A model generated the notes under the pieces. The model was not told the origin of the DNA. It ran no database searches and worked only from the letters and a program-made list of their open reading frames with translations. A stretch of DNA of 46,956 nt from an uncultured Neisseriales bacterium. Lineage in GTDB: Bacteria > Pseudomonadota > Gammaproteobacteria > Burkholderiales > Aquaspirillaceae. This document shows positions 1 to 9,412 of the stretch, piece after piece. Every line of letters begins with the position of its first letter. Position 1 is the first letter of the stretch. Position numbers and translations under genes: made by a program. The stretch is from contig CALMOJ010000009.1 in NCBI GenBank assembly GCA_937871815.1, forward strand, positions 1-46,956. The letters are read 5' to 3'.

Positions 1-60
1 CTGTGCTTTTCGCCCGTTTGAAAGCACAGCAGACGCGGTCTTGTTTATGGGTGCTGACCT

Positions 61-1377
61 ATGTCTTCTTCCTCTTGGCTTGCCCGCCACCGTGGCGGCG
101 TATCGCTTGCGCTGGCAGCAGGAAGCCTCACCACACTCGAACTCTGCCACGCCCAAGGCTGGCTGCTCGCCCCTGCTTGGCAAGTGGCACGGCACGCAGC
201 AGAAGGGGCAACCGTAGGGGGATTGGCTGATTGGTTTGCCGTTTCCGCCTTGTTCTGCCGTATTCCTATTCCGCTCCTCTCCCGTCATACCAATATTGTG
301 GTCAAAAGCCGCCCCCGCTTAGTAGAGGGCATTGTTGATATGGTGCAAAACCAATGGCTCTCGCCAGCGGTCATTCGTGAACGCCTCGCCCACTTACCGC
401 TCACCGACAGCTTGTTAGCACTACTGGCGCATCCCGATGCCCGCCGCCGCGCCGAGCGCATTGTGCGTCGTCTGGCTCGCCGCTTAGTCAGCGAACTAGA
501 CAACCACGCCCTCGCCCAATTTCTAGATAGCTTCCTCCGCCAACAGCTGGCCGCCCTGCCGCTCACCCCCGCCTTGGTTGTGTTACTGCGCCAACTGCTA
601 GAGGGGGCACATTTTGATGTGGTCTGGCATAGCCTGCTCGACGGCCTAGACCGTGCCTTGGCCGATACGGGTTTCCGCCACACCTTTAACCAGCTTGCCC
701 TAGAAGCCTTGCGCGGTTACGAGGAAGAAGGCCGCTGGAATAAGCTCAAAGCATGGCTAGGCAAAACCCAGCTAGCCGGTGAACAAGATGATGAAAAAGT
801 CGCGCACCTCACCGAGCGCGTCCTTGCCCGACTCCATGCCGAGCTGCAGACCTTGCGCCACACGCCCGATGCCCCGCTTCGCCACGACATCCGCACCCTG
901 CTGGTGGGCTGGTTGGCGCGGCTAGAAGCCGGTGATGTGGACTTTGAGGCCGCCATCCACGCCTTTCAACGCACCGCCCTTGCCCAGCTAGACACCCGCC
1001 CTTGGCTGGCGCAATTGCTGGCTACCCTACGGCAAAACCTTGTGCGCCAGCTCTCTCACCGTGACTCCGACCTCAACCAACTCCTCGCCGGTTTACTTGG
1101 CAGCGGCCTCGCCGCTTTGGCTGACGATGCCGCCCTACGAGAGCGAGTGGACGGCTGGTGTCGCCATGCTATCAATGTGTTTGTTGAACAGAATCACGAC
1201 ATCATCGGGGATACCGTGCGCTTGAGCTTATCCCCCACACGGCTGCCGGATGCCACCTTGGTGGCGCAGATTGAAAACCGCGTCGGGCATGATTTGCAGT
1301 GGATTCGCGTCAATGGGGCGATTGTCGGCGGGACGGTAGCGGGACTATTGGCCGTGGTGCGTGGGCTGGTCGCCTAG
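61..1377 (+). CDS. DUF445-family membrane-anchored protein (YjiN-like)
   Basis: 438 aa. N-terminal 'AEGATVGGLADWFAVSALF..P..HTNIV' and C-terminal 'IENRVGHDLQWIRVNGAIVGG' are the conserved DUF445 end motifs, flanking a helical middle. Confidence 0.85.
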   Translation: MSSSSWLARHRGGVSLALAAGSLTTLELCHAQGWLLAPAWQVARHAAEGATVGGLADWFAVSALFCRIPIPLLSRHTNIVVKSRPRLVEGIVDMVQNQWLSPAVIRERLAHLPLTDSLLALLAHPDARRRAERIVRRLARRLVSELDNHALAQFLDSFLRQQLAALPLTPALVVLLRQLLEGAHFDVVWHSLLDGLDRALADTGFRHTFNQLALEALRGYEEEGRWNKLKAWLGKTQLAGEQDDEKVAHLTERVLARLHAELQTLRHTPDAPLRHDIRTLLVGWLARLEAGDVDFEAAIHAFQRTALAQLDTRPWLAQLLATLRQNLVRQLSHRDSDLNQLLAGLLGSGLAALADDAALRERVDGWCRHAINVFVEQNHDIIGDTVRLSLSPTRLPDATLVAQIENRVGHDLQWIRVNGAIVGGTVAGLLAVVRGLVA

Positions 1378-1450
1378 CCTTACGCTCTTTCAGCGCAACG
1401 CGGTTTCAGGCTACCATCCAGCCTTCTGTTGATTACGCTGGAATCCGCCT

Positions 1451-2464
1451 GTGAAGCCTCTTGCCACGTTGCTGTTGAGCTGTTTTAGCCTAGGCTGCTT
1501 TAGCCTACCCGCCTCGGCTGCAAGCCTAGAAGGGCGTGCTGATGTCGCCGCTTTTGTCGAGCGTGCCATCCGCGAAACTGGCATTCCCCGCGCAGACATC
1601 GAAGCCGCACTGGCGGCAGCAGACACCAAACCCAACATCCCCGCTATTTTTGATCGCCCTGCCACCTCGCGCCCTTGGCATCAATTCCGCCCCAATTTTG
1701 TCAACGACCGACAAGTAGAAGGCGGCGTGACCTTTTGGGCGACCCACGCCCAATCCTTGTTTCACGCAGCGACCCAATATGGCGTTGATGAGGCACTTAT
1801 CGTCGCCATTATCGGCATGGAAAGCGGCTACGGGCGCAACACCGGTAGCTTTAGGGTGCTGGATGCCCTAGCGACAGTGGCTTTTGATTACCCGCGTCGC
1901 GCCGAGTATTTTCAAAATGAGCTGATTGCCTTTTTGCAATTAGCCAAAGAAGAAGGCGGCGACATCAAAGCCTTCCGTGGCTCTTATGCAGGGGCGATGG
2001 GGTGGCCACAGTTTATGCCTTCTAGTTTCCGCAAATGGGCGGTCGATTTTGATGGCGATGGTCACCGCGACATCTGGAAAAACCCCACCGATGTGATTGG
2101 CAGCGTCGCAAACTACTTCCAGCAACACGGCTGGCAAAAAGGCGCGGATGCCGTCTTGCCCGCCCGCGTGCCCTCCGCACTGGGCGAGAAGCTCGCAGCG
2201 GACAAATTTAACCTGCACTACACCATTGCCGAGCTACGGGCGATGGGTGTGGTAGTGGATGCGCCGATTGATGGCGCGGTTCGCGCCGTCGTCTTCCCCC
2301 TAGAAACCGCCCCAAGCGTGACCGAATACTGGGTGGGGCTGCAAAATTTTTACACCATTACCCGCTACAACAAGAGCTCGCTTTATGCGATGGCGGCTGT
2401 GCAGCTGGCCGACCGTATCCGCGAAAAGCGGCTGGCTTCGTTGGTGCCTGCAGCAGGGCGTTAA
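1451..2464 (+). CDS. mltB: Lytic murein transglycosylase B
   Basis: Signal peptide, catalytic 'IIGMESGYG', 'GSYAGAMGWPQFMPSS', EF-hand-like 'DFDGDGHRD' and 'NFYTITRYNKS'. Confidence 0.93.
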   Translation: MKPLATLLLSCFSLGCFSLPASAASLEGRADVAAFVERAIRETGIPRADIEAALAAADTKPNIPAIFDRPATSRPWHQFRPNFVNDRQVEGGVTFWATHAQSLFHAATQYGVDEALIVAIIGMESGYGRNTGSFRVLDALATVAFDYPRRAEYFQNELIAFLQLAKEEGGDIKAFRGSYAGAMGWPQFMPSSFRKWAVDFDGDGHRDIWKNPTDVIGSVANYFQQHGWQKGADAVLPARVPSALGEKLAADKFNLHYTIAELRAMGVVVDAPIDGAVRAVVFPLETAPSVTEYWVGLQNFYTITRYNKSSLYAMAAVQLADRIREKRLASLVPAAGR

Positions 2465-2540
2465 ACCCCACCCTGCCCCCTTTGTTTTCTGAATGAACCC
2501 ACCCGCTCGGCGGGTGGGTCAACCCGTAGGTAACTTTCTG

Positions 2541-4472
2541 ATGACTTACCAAGTGCTGGCGCGTAAATGGCGACCCAAGCGTTTTGCTGACCTCGTTGGG
2601 CAAGAACATGTGGTGCGTGCGCTCAGCAATGCCCTCACCGAATCTCGCCTACACCACGCGTACTTGCTCACCGGCACACGCGGGGTCGGTAAAACCACCA
2701 TTGCCCGCATTTTGGCCAAAAGCCTGAACTGCGAAACCGGCATGACCGCCACACCATGTGGTGTATGCAGTGCCTGTCAGCAGATTGACGGGGGGCGATT
2801 TGTCGATTTGCTCGAAATCGACGCGGCCAGCAACACCGGTATCGACAACATCCGCGAAGTCCTCGACAACGCCCAATATGCCCCCAGCGTCGGCCGCTTC
2901 AAGGTGTATATCATCGACGAAGTCCACATGCTGTCGAAGTCCGCATTTAATGCCATGCTGAAGACGCTGGAAGAACCGCCCGCCCACGTTAAATTTATTT
3001 TGGCGACGACTGACCCGCAAAAAGTCCCCGTCACGGTCTTGTCGCGCTGCCTACAGTTTTCTTTGCGGAATATGACTCCCCAGCAGGTCTCGGGGCATTT
3101 GGCGCATGTGCTCGATGCCGAGGGGGTTTGTTATGAGCCCACCGCCTTAACCTTGCTGGGGCGGGCGGCTTCGGGGTCGATGCGCGATGCCCTGTCATTG
3201 CTAGACCAAGCCATTGCCTATGGCATGGGAGAAGTCCGCGAAGCCGACGTACGCGCCATGTTGGGTGCAGTGGATAGAAGCTACCTCTTTGCCTTGCTGG
3301 CTGCCCTTGCCGAGGGCGACGGGGCGGGGCTGATGCGTGAAGCAGAGGATTTAGCCGAGCGTGGCGTAGGGTTTGAATCCGCCCTCACCGAGCTTGCCCA
3401 TGTGCTGTATGAAATTTCGCTGGCGCAAACGGTTCCGGCTGCCGTGGCAGATGATGCCCCAGAGCGGGAAGCGGTACTGGCATTGGCTGCCCTTATCCCC
3501 GCTGCGGATGTGCAGCTGTATTACCAAATCGCCATTACCGGCAAACGTGACCTTGCCCTTGCGCCGGATGAGCACGCGGGCTTTAACATGACCTTGCTGC
3601 GGATGCTGGCCTTCCATCCTCAGCACATGCCTGCAGATATCCCGCGTCTGGAAACGTCCTTGCCTGCGGCTTCGGTACGTGGGGCATCGCCGTCGGCTTC
3701 CGTCCCGCCGTCGTCTGCGGCGGCACGTCCCAATGCCGCCCCTGCTACCCCTGCCATCAGCGGTATGGCCAGCAAAATCCCCGGGCTGGCCAAGCTGATG
3801 CAGACTCGACAATCCAAAGGCGAAGGGGGTGGCGGACGACCGTCCTCCGTGCCGCCTGCTGCGGCATCGGCTGCGGCATCTGCCCCGCCACCACCCACCG
3901 AAGACCCCGAGCCAGCCCTTTGCCCGCCGTGGGAAGACGCGGCGCCGTTGCCTGCGCCCACCGCCACGCCACAAGCAGTGCCGACTGCGCCGGCAGCCTT
4001 GCCGCCCACCGCCATCATCACGCCCTTTCCGACCCCTGTAGCCCCTGTTGTGCTTACGCCAGGCATGGGGATTGCCGCGTGCCAAGGCAACTGGAGTGCG
4101 TTGGTCGAAGCGGTTCGTGACCAGCTTGATGCCAAAGCACGGATGTTGGCGCAGCACACCGCACTAACGCAGGTCAGCGAAAATCGCTTATCTTTGCGCC
4201 TTTCCGCCGCTTTCCCTTTTGTGGCCACGCCAGAAAACGAAGCAGAGTTGGCGGCGCGGCTGTCTGACTATTTGGGCGAAACGGTGCGCTTGGAGGTCAC
4301 CGTGGGCGAGGTCAGCGGGGAAACGCCGCATATGCAGCAACAACGTCTGCGCGACACCGCACTGGCCGAGGCGCATACCCATCTGGCTGCCGATAGCGTG
4401 ATTCAGGCACTCCAACACCATTTTGAAGCAACGGTTGTCGCCGAGACGGTGCAACCTCTACTAGGAGCTTAA
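2541..4472 (+). CDS. dnaX: DNA polymerase III subunit gamma/tau
   Basis: '[10 protein letters not shown]', Walker A 'GTRGVGKT', Zn cysteines, 'IIDEVHML', 'SRC' arginine finger, Pro/Ala-rich linker and tau C-terminal domain. Start reassigned to ATG 2541. Confidence 0.97.
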   Translation: MTYQVLARKWRPKRFADLVGQEHVVRALSNALTESRLHHAYLLTGTRGVGKTTIARILAKSLNCETGMTATPCGVCSACQQIDGGRFVDLLEIDAASNTGIDNIREVLDNAQYAPSVGRFKVYIIDEVHMLSKSAFNAMLKTLEEPPAHVKFILATTDPQKVPVTVLSRCLQFSLRNMTPQQVSGHLAHVLDAEGVCYEPTALTLLGRAASGSMRDALSLLDQAIAYGMGEVREADVRAMLGAVDRSYLFALLAALAEGDGAGLMREAEDLAERGVGFESALTELAHVLYEISLAQTVPAAVADDAPEREAVLALAALIPAADVQLYYQIAITGKRDLALAPDEHAGFNMTLLRMLAFHPQHMPADIPRLETSLPAASVRGASPSASVPPSSAAARPNAAPATPAISGMASKIPGLAKLMQTRQSKGEGGGGRPSSVPPAAASAAASAPPPPTEDPEPALCPPWEDAAPLPAPTATPQAVPTAPAALPPTAIITPFPTPVAPVVLTPGMGIAACQGNWSALVEAVRDQLDAKARMLAQHTALTQVSENRLSLRLSAAFPFVATPENEAELAARLSDYLGETVRLEVTVGEVSGETPHMQQQRLRDTALAEAHTHLAADSVIQALQHHFEATVVAETVQPLLGA

Positions 4473-4474
4473 CG

Positions 4475-4801
4475 ATGTTTAATAAAGGCGGTCTTGCAGG
4501 GTTGATGAAACAAGCCCAGCAAATGCAAGACAACATGAAAAAAGCACAAGAGCAACTCGCCCTTGTGGAAGTAGAAGGCCAATCTGGTGCAGGAATGGTC
4601 AAAGTTCAAATGACCTGCCAGCACGACATCAAACGCGTCACCATTGACGATAGCGTGATGGACGACAAAGAAATGCTGGAAGACCTGATTGCCGCTGCCG
4701 TCAATGACGCGGTGCGCAAGGTCGAAGCCACCACCCAAGAAAAAATGTCTGGCTTTACCGCCGGCTTAAACTTGCCCCCTGGCGTGAAATTGCCGTTCTA
4801 A
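4475..4801 (+). CDS. ybaB: YbaB/EbfC nucleoid-associated protein
   Basis: '[37 protein letters not shown]', directly after dnaX. Confidence 0.95.
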   Translation: MFNKGGLAGLMKQAQQMQDNMKKAQEQLALVEVEGQSGAGMVKVQMTCQHDIKRVTIDDSVMDDKEMLEDLIAAAVNDAVRKVEATTQEKMSGFTAGLNLPPGVKLPF

Positions 4802-4851
4802 ATCCTCCCCACACGCATCCAGCAGTGGCGGCAGGATTTGCTGCCCATCTC

Positions 4852-4880
4852 TTGTCAGCGGAAAGGGGCTTCTGTATCCT
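4852..4880 (+). promoter_or_regulatory. Putative sigma70 promoter for tRNA-Leu
   Basis: TTGTCA-N17-TATCCT about 70 nt upstream of the tRNA. Confidence 0.5.
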
Positions 4881-4952
4881 GTCGGACTTGCTGGTAACGC
4901 ACTAGACCTGCAGTTTTTTGTCTAGTCGCTCGCAGCACTGTCTCAAAGATGG

Positions 4953-5037
4953 GCGAAGGTGGCGGAATTGGTAGACGCACTGGATTTAGGTTCCAGCGCC
5001 GAAAGGTGTAAGGGTTCGAGTCCCTTCCTTCGCACCA
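4953..5037 (+). tRNA. tRNA-Leu (anticodon TAG)
   Basis: Acceptor stem GCGAAGG/CCTTCGC plus ACCA, D-arm GGCGGAATTGGTAGACGC, anticodon arm CTGGA-TTTAGGT-TCCAG, long variable arm and T-loop GGTTCGAGTCC. Confidence 0.97.
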
Positions 5038-5184
5038 CAAGAATGATTCACTTGGCTGTTGGCTTGCCCTAAACAGCCAATCGCAAAATCCCCTCTAAAA
5101 TGATGTCGCCTTAATCTAGGCCTGCGTAACGCAACATCACCCCCCTCCTCTTATTTACTTCAGAAATTGTGTAAGGATTCCACG

Positions 5185-6492
5185 ATGCAAGTTCAGCTTG
5201 AAACTACTGGCACTCTCGAACGCCGCCTGACGATTACGCTTGCCACGCCTGCGATTGATGCTGAAGTCACTAAGCGGCTACAACGGGTGGCACGCACCGC
5301 CAAAATCCAAGGCTTCCGCCCAGGTAAAGCCCCCATGAAGCTGGTGGAACAAGGCTACGGTGCGCAAGCGCGTGAAGAAGTGATGAGCGAACAAGTGCAA
5401 CAAAGCTTTGCCCAAGCGCTGAAAGAACAAGGCTTGGACATCGCGGGCTATCCCCGTTTTGAACCGATGAAAACCGAAACACCCGATGCCGCTGAATTCA
5501 CCTTCAGCGCAGTGTTCGAAGTCTATCCAGAAATCAACGTTGGCGACCTGAGTGCGGCTGAAATCGAAAAGCCAGTAGCAGAAGTGTCCGATGCTGAAAT
5601 CGAAAAAACACTGGAAGTCTTGCGTAAACAGCGCAGCCGCTTTACCCGTGTAGAACGCCCTGCAGCCAATGGCGACCGCGTGATTATTGACTTCGCTGGC
5701 ACGATTGACGGCGAAGCCTTTGCCGGTGGTAGCAGCGAAAACTTCCCGTTCGAATTGGGTGCAGGGCGTATGCTGCCTGAGTTCGAAGCGGGCGTACTGG
5801 GCATGTCCGAAGACGAAACACGCAACGTTAACGTCGTATTCCCAGAGGATTACCACGGTGCAGACGTGGCCGGCAAAACCGCCGTCTTCGCTATCACCCT
5901 GAAAAACGTCGCAGCGGCTGAAATGCCTGCATTGGACGCTGAATTTGCCAAGTCGATTGGGATTGCCGATGGCGACCTCGACAAAATGCGTGCTGAAATC
6001 CAGAAAAACGTAGGGCGCGAAACCAAACGCCGCCTGCAGGCTCGCGTCAAAGAAAACGTGATGCAAGCCTTGCTGGATGCCACCCCGCTGGAACTGCCTA
6101 AGTCCCTGATTGCGCTGGAAATCAACCGCCTAATGCAACAAGCGCAACAAGATATGGCCGAGCGCGGCATGAACATGAAAGACATGCCCCTGCCTGCCGA
6201 CTTGTTCGAAAAACAAGCTGAACGCCGCGTGGCACTGGGTCTAATTTTGGCCGATGTCGTTGAAAAGAACGGCCTGACAGCTAAACCAGAACAAATCAAA
6301 GCCATGGTGAACGACTTCGCCGAAAGCTACGAACATCCAGAAGATGTGGTGAAATGGTACTACGCCAGCCAAGACCGTTTGGATGGCCCTGCTTCGCTGG
6401 TGCTGGAAGAAAACGTGGTGGAATTTGTGCTGTCCAAAGCCAAAGTCACCGAAAAAGTGGTGTCATTCGATGACCTGATGGGGAAAGCCTAA
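5185..6492 (+). CDS. tig: Trigger factor
   Basis: Ribosome-binding motif 'GFRPGKAP' and FKBP domain '[17 protein letters not shown]'. ATG 5185 follows AAGGA. Confidence 0.97.
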   Translation: MQVQLETTGTLERRLTITLATPAIDAEVTKRLQRVARTAKIQGFRPGKAPMKLVEQGYGAQAREEVMSEQVQQSFAQALKEQGLDIAGYPRFEPMKTETPDAAEFTFSAVFEVYPEINVGDLSAAEIEKPVAEVSDAEIEKTLEVLRKQRSRFTRVERPAANGDRVIIDFAGTIDGEAFAGGSSENFPFELGAGRMLPEFEAGVLGMSEDETRNVNVVFPEDYHGADVAGKTAVFAITLKNVAAAEMPALDAEFAKSIGIADGDLDKMRAEIQKNVGRETKRRLQARVKENVMQALLDATPLELPKSLIALEINRLMQQAQQDMAERGMNMKDMPLPADLFEKQAERRVALGLILADVVEKNGLTAKPEQIKAMVNDFAESYEHPEDVVKWYYASQDRLDGPASLVLEENVVEFVLSKAKVTEKVVSFDDLMGKA

Positions 6493-6494
6493 TC

Positions 6495-7142
6495 ATGTCG
6501 AGGCAATCAGATTGGTTTCCTGCCGGTATGCCTGACCCCATGAGTTTGGGGCTGGTGCCTATGGTGGTGGAGCAGAGTGGGCGCGGCGAACGCGCTTACG
6601 ACATCTACTCTCGCCTACTCAAGGAGCGCATTGTATTTTTGGTAGGGCCCGTCACCGACGAGTCCGCCAATCTGGTTGTCGCACAGCTGTTGTTTTTAGA
6701 ATCTGAAAACCCTGATAAAGACATTTCGTTCTATATCAACTCCCCAGGTGGCTCGGTCACGGCGGGCATGTCGATTTACGACACCATGAACTTTATTAAG
6801 CCCGACGTAGCGACCTTATGTGTCGGTCAAGCAGCCAGCATGGGGGCGTTTTTGCTGTCTGCAGGGGCAAAGGGCAAGCGGTTTGCACTGCCTAATTCCC
6901 GCGTAATGATTCACCAGCCGCTAGGGGGCTTCCGTGGGCAAGCATCGGATATTGAAATCCATGCCCGCGAAATTCTCTACCTGAAAGAGCGGCTCAATCA
7001 GATGTTGGCCGACCACACCGGTCAGCCCATGGAAACGATTGAACGCGACACCGACCGTGACAATTTTATGAGTGCAGAAGCCGCAGCAGCCTATGGTCTA
7101 ATCGACAAAGTGCTGACCAGCCGCCAAGCACTCTCGGCTTAA
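6495..7142 (+). CDS. clpP: ATP-dependent Clp protease proteolytic subunit
   Basis: '[12 protein letters not shown]', 'YINSPGG', catalytic 'QAASMG' and 'MIHQP'. Confidence 0.98.
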   Translation: MSRQSDWFPAGMPDPMSLGLVPMVVEQSGRGERAYDIYSRLLKERIVFLVGPVTDESANLVVAQLLFLESENPDKDISFYINSPGGSVTAGMSIYDTMNFIKPDVATLCVGQAASMGAFLLSAGAKGKRFALPNSRVMIHQPLGGFRGQASDIEIHAREILYLKERLNQMLADHTGQPMETIERDTDRDNFMSAEAAAAYGLIDKVLTSRQALSA

Positions 7143-7163
7143 TTGTCCCGCCATTTTGGTCAG

Positions 7164-7194
7164 AAACATCCCCCTGTTGGGGGATGTTTTTTAT
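7164..7194 (+). terminator. Intrinsic terminator between clpP and clpX
   Basis: AAACATCCCCC-TGTT-GGGGGATGTTT followed by a T-run. Confidence 0.7.
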
Positions 7195-7309
7195 TATCAC
7201 GGCAAGCTATTTGCCGTTTATCACTACCCAAGCCCCCGCCCCGTTTTTACCTTGTCGGGGACGCTGCTCACACGACAGTCGGCAGGCGTGCTGGGTTGAG
7301 GATTAAAAC

Positions 7310-8590
7310 ATGTCAGAAAAAACATCGGGTGCATCCCTGCTGTATTGTTCGTTTTGCAACAAGAGCCAGCATGAGGTCAAAAGACTGATTCAGGGGCCAC
7401 AGGTCTGCATTTGCGATGAATGTATCGAGTTGTGCGCCGATATTGTGAAGGAAGAAGGCAGCGAACCTACACGCGGCGAAGTCGGTACTGATGGAGCTGA
7501 ACGCGCCCTCCCCACCCCCCAACAAATCCGCCAAACGCTCGACCAGTACGTCATTGGCCAAGACCCCGCTAAACGCGCCCTCGCCGTCGCGGTCTACAAC
7601 CATTACAAGCGGCTTTCTACCAAGCTCGGACCCAGCGATGTTGAGCTGTCAAAAAGCAATATTTTGCTGATTGGCCCTACCGGCTCAGGCAAAACGCTGT
7701 TGGCGCAAACCTTGGCACGCTTGCTGGATGTGCCCTTTGTCATGGCCGATGCCACGACCCTCACCGAAGCAGGCTATGTGGGCGAAGATGTCGAAAACAT
7801 CGTCACCAAGCTGCTGCAAAAGTGCGACTACGACATCACCAAAGCCCAGCGCGGCATTATCTATATCGACGAAATCGACAAGATTTCGCGCAAGTCCGAC
7901 AACCCTTCCATCACCCGTGACGTATCGGGCGAAGGGGTGCAACAAGCCTTGCTCAAGCTGATTGAAGGCACGGTCGCCTCCATCCCACCTCAAGGGGGAC
8001 GCAAGCATCCCAACCAAGATTTTCTGCAAGTCGATACCACCAATATTCTGTTTATTTGCGGCGGGGCATTTGATGGGCTGGAAAAAGTCATCCGCAACCG
8101 TTCGCAAAAAGGCGGTATTGGGTTTGGAGCGGAAGTGCATTCCAAAGACGATGGGCGTGCCGTCGGTAAAGTGCTGCAAGAAACCGAGCCCGCTGACCTG
8201 ATTAAATTCGGCTTAATTCCCGAATTTATTGGGCGCTTGCCAGTCATTGCGACGCTAGAAGAACTGGACGAAGAAGCCTTGGTGACCATTCTCACCGAGC
8301 CTAAAAACGCCATTGTGCGTCAGTTCAACCGCCTATTTGAGATGGAAGGCGTGCTGCTTGAAATTCGCCCTTCTGCCTTGCGTGCCATTGCCCGCCAAGC
8401 CCTAAAGCGAAAAACTGGTGCGCGTGGACTGCGGTCTATTTTGGAACGCGCCCTGCTCAACACCATGTACGAACTGCCTTCGCTGGAGAACGTAGAGAAG
8501 GTGGTCGTGGATGAGACGGTGATTGAAGAAAATAAAGCACCGCAGGTCGTTTACCTCGATGCGGCGGCAGAAAAAACAACAACCGTTTAG
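7310..8590 (+). CDS. clpX: ATP-dependent Clp protease ATP-binding subunit
   Basis: Zn finger CSFC..CICDEC, 'GPTGSGKT', 'IDEIDK', '[10 protein letters not shown]', RKH loop and IGF loop. Confidence 0.98.
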   Translation: MSEKTSGASLLYCSFCNKSQHEVKRLIQGPQVCICDECIELCADIVKEEGSEPTRGEVGTDGAERALPTPQQIRQTLDQYVIGQDPAKRALAVAVYNHYKRLSTKLGPSDVELSKSNILLIGPTGSGKTLLAQTLARLLDVPFVMADATTLTEAGYVGEDVENIVTKLLQKCDYDITKAQRGIIYIDEIDKISRKSDNPSITRDVSGEGVQQALLKLIEGTVASIPPQGGRKHPNQDFLQVDTTNILFICGGAFDGLEKVIRNRSQKGGIGFGAEVHSKDDGRAVGKVLQETEPADLIKFGLIPEFIGRLPVIATLEELDEEALVTILTEPKNAIVRQFNRLFEMEGVLLEIRPSALRAIARQALKRKTGARGLRSILERALLNTMYELPSLENVEKVVVDETVIEENKAPQVVYLDAAAEKTTTV

Positions 8591-8606
8591 TTCGCCCCAT
8601 CTCCCC

Positions 8607-8647
8607 CACACAGCCACCTTCAGAATCAGGATGGCTGTGTGTATTTT
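8607..8647 (+). terminator. Intrinsic terminator after clpX
   Basis: CACACAGCCA...TGGCTGTGTG followed by TATTTT. Confidence 0.65.
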
Positions 8648-8831
8648 GTCGGATGCGACGCAATTAACCCTGACTTTTACCTTCTAATCTGCATGGTTCC
8701 TGCTATAAAGGAGTATGCTGGCATTGGCTAGAAAATATAAGTTACCCTAGTGAGACACAGCTTTTCGGTGGGAAAAATAATCGCCCCTCCCACGGATACT
8801 GTCCGAATTTTGCCTACATAAGGAGATGCCC

Positions 8832-9272
8832 ATGTTGTTTCAATCGAATCTGCTCGGCCAAGTCAATGTTGATGAAAATACGGTTTTGACCTTCCCGCTG
8901 GGGCTTCCTGGCTTTGAAGATTGCGTTCGCTTCAAGCTCTTCCACGAAGAAGAAAATGGCGCACCGCGCGTCCTGTGGATGCAATCACTCGAAGAAGCAG
9001 ACGTACTATTTAGCGTCGTCGATGCCGCCGAATTTGGCGTACGCTACGAAATCGAACTGGCTGATGACGAAGTAGAAGCCCTGCAATTGGCTAAGCCAGA
9101 AGACGCAGTGGTGTTGGTCATGGTTTACCGTGCAGAAGATGCCGTCGATGCCAGCCACCCCTTGCTGAAATCGCTGAATGCCAATTTGCGTAGTCCACTG
9201 GTGGTCAATCCTTTGACCCAACGCGGGATTCAAATTGGGCAACTGAACGTGGATGCCGTTTTGTCTCGCTAA
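8832..9272 (+). CDS. fliW: Flagellar assembly factor FliW-family protein
   Basis: 'LTFPLGLPGFE', 'LWMQSL', 'FSVVD' and 'ANLRSPLVVN...RGIQ' match the FliW pattern. AAGGAG lies 6 nt before ATG 8832 but directly abuts ATG 8826, so 8832 is preferred. Confidence 0.85.
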   Translation: MLFQSNLLGQVNVDENTVLTFPLGLPGFEDCVRFKLFHEEENGAPRVLWMQSLEEADVLFSVVDAAEFGVRYEIELADDEVEALQLAKPEDAVVLVMVYRAEDAVDASHPLLKSLNANLRSPLVVNPLTQRGIQIGQLNVDAVLSR

Positions 9273-9290
9273 TCCGCATTTTGTTGTAAT

Positions 9291-9333
9291 ACACACAGCC
9301 GATAGTGCTTACGCCTATCGGCTGTGTGTTTTT
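9291..9333 (+). terminator. Intrinsic terminator after fliW
   Basis: ACACACAGCCGATAG / CTATCGGCTGTGTGT, a 15-bp stem followed by a T-run. Confidence 0.75.
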
Positions 9334-9412
9334 GTGCGGACAAATTTGATAACTAGATGCGTTCGCACTGCATGCGCCACACCTGCTCACCCCTCTTAAC
9401 GCCTAAAGTGCC

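Noticed and set aside
2465-2540. SRP RNA (ffs), often found upstream of dnaX
   Set aside because: The interval is too short and lacks the conserved CAGG..GGAAGCAG domain IV motif.
4953-5184. Genomic island integrated at tRNA-Leu
   Set aside because: tig follows within 150 bp, with no integrase and no duplicated tRNA 3' end.
8591-8831. CsrB/RsmZ-like sRNA from several GGA motifs upstream of fliW
   Set aside because: About six GGA in 240 bp is near chance level, and they are mostly not in hairpin loops.
8591-8831. Sigma28 promoter or c-di-GMP riboswitch for fliW
   Set aside because: No TAAA-N15-GCCGATAA and no recognisable c-di-GMP-I/II core.
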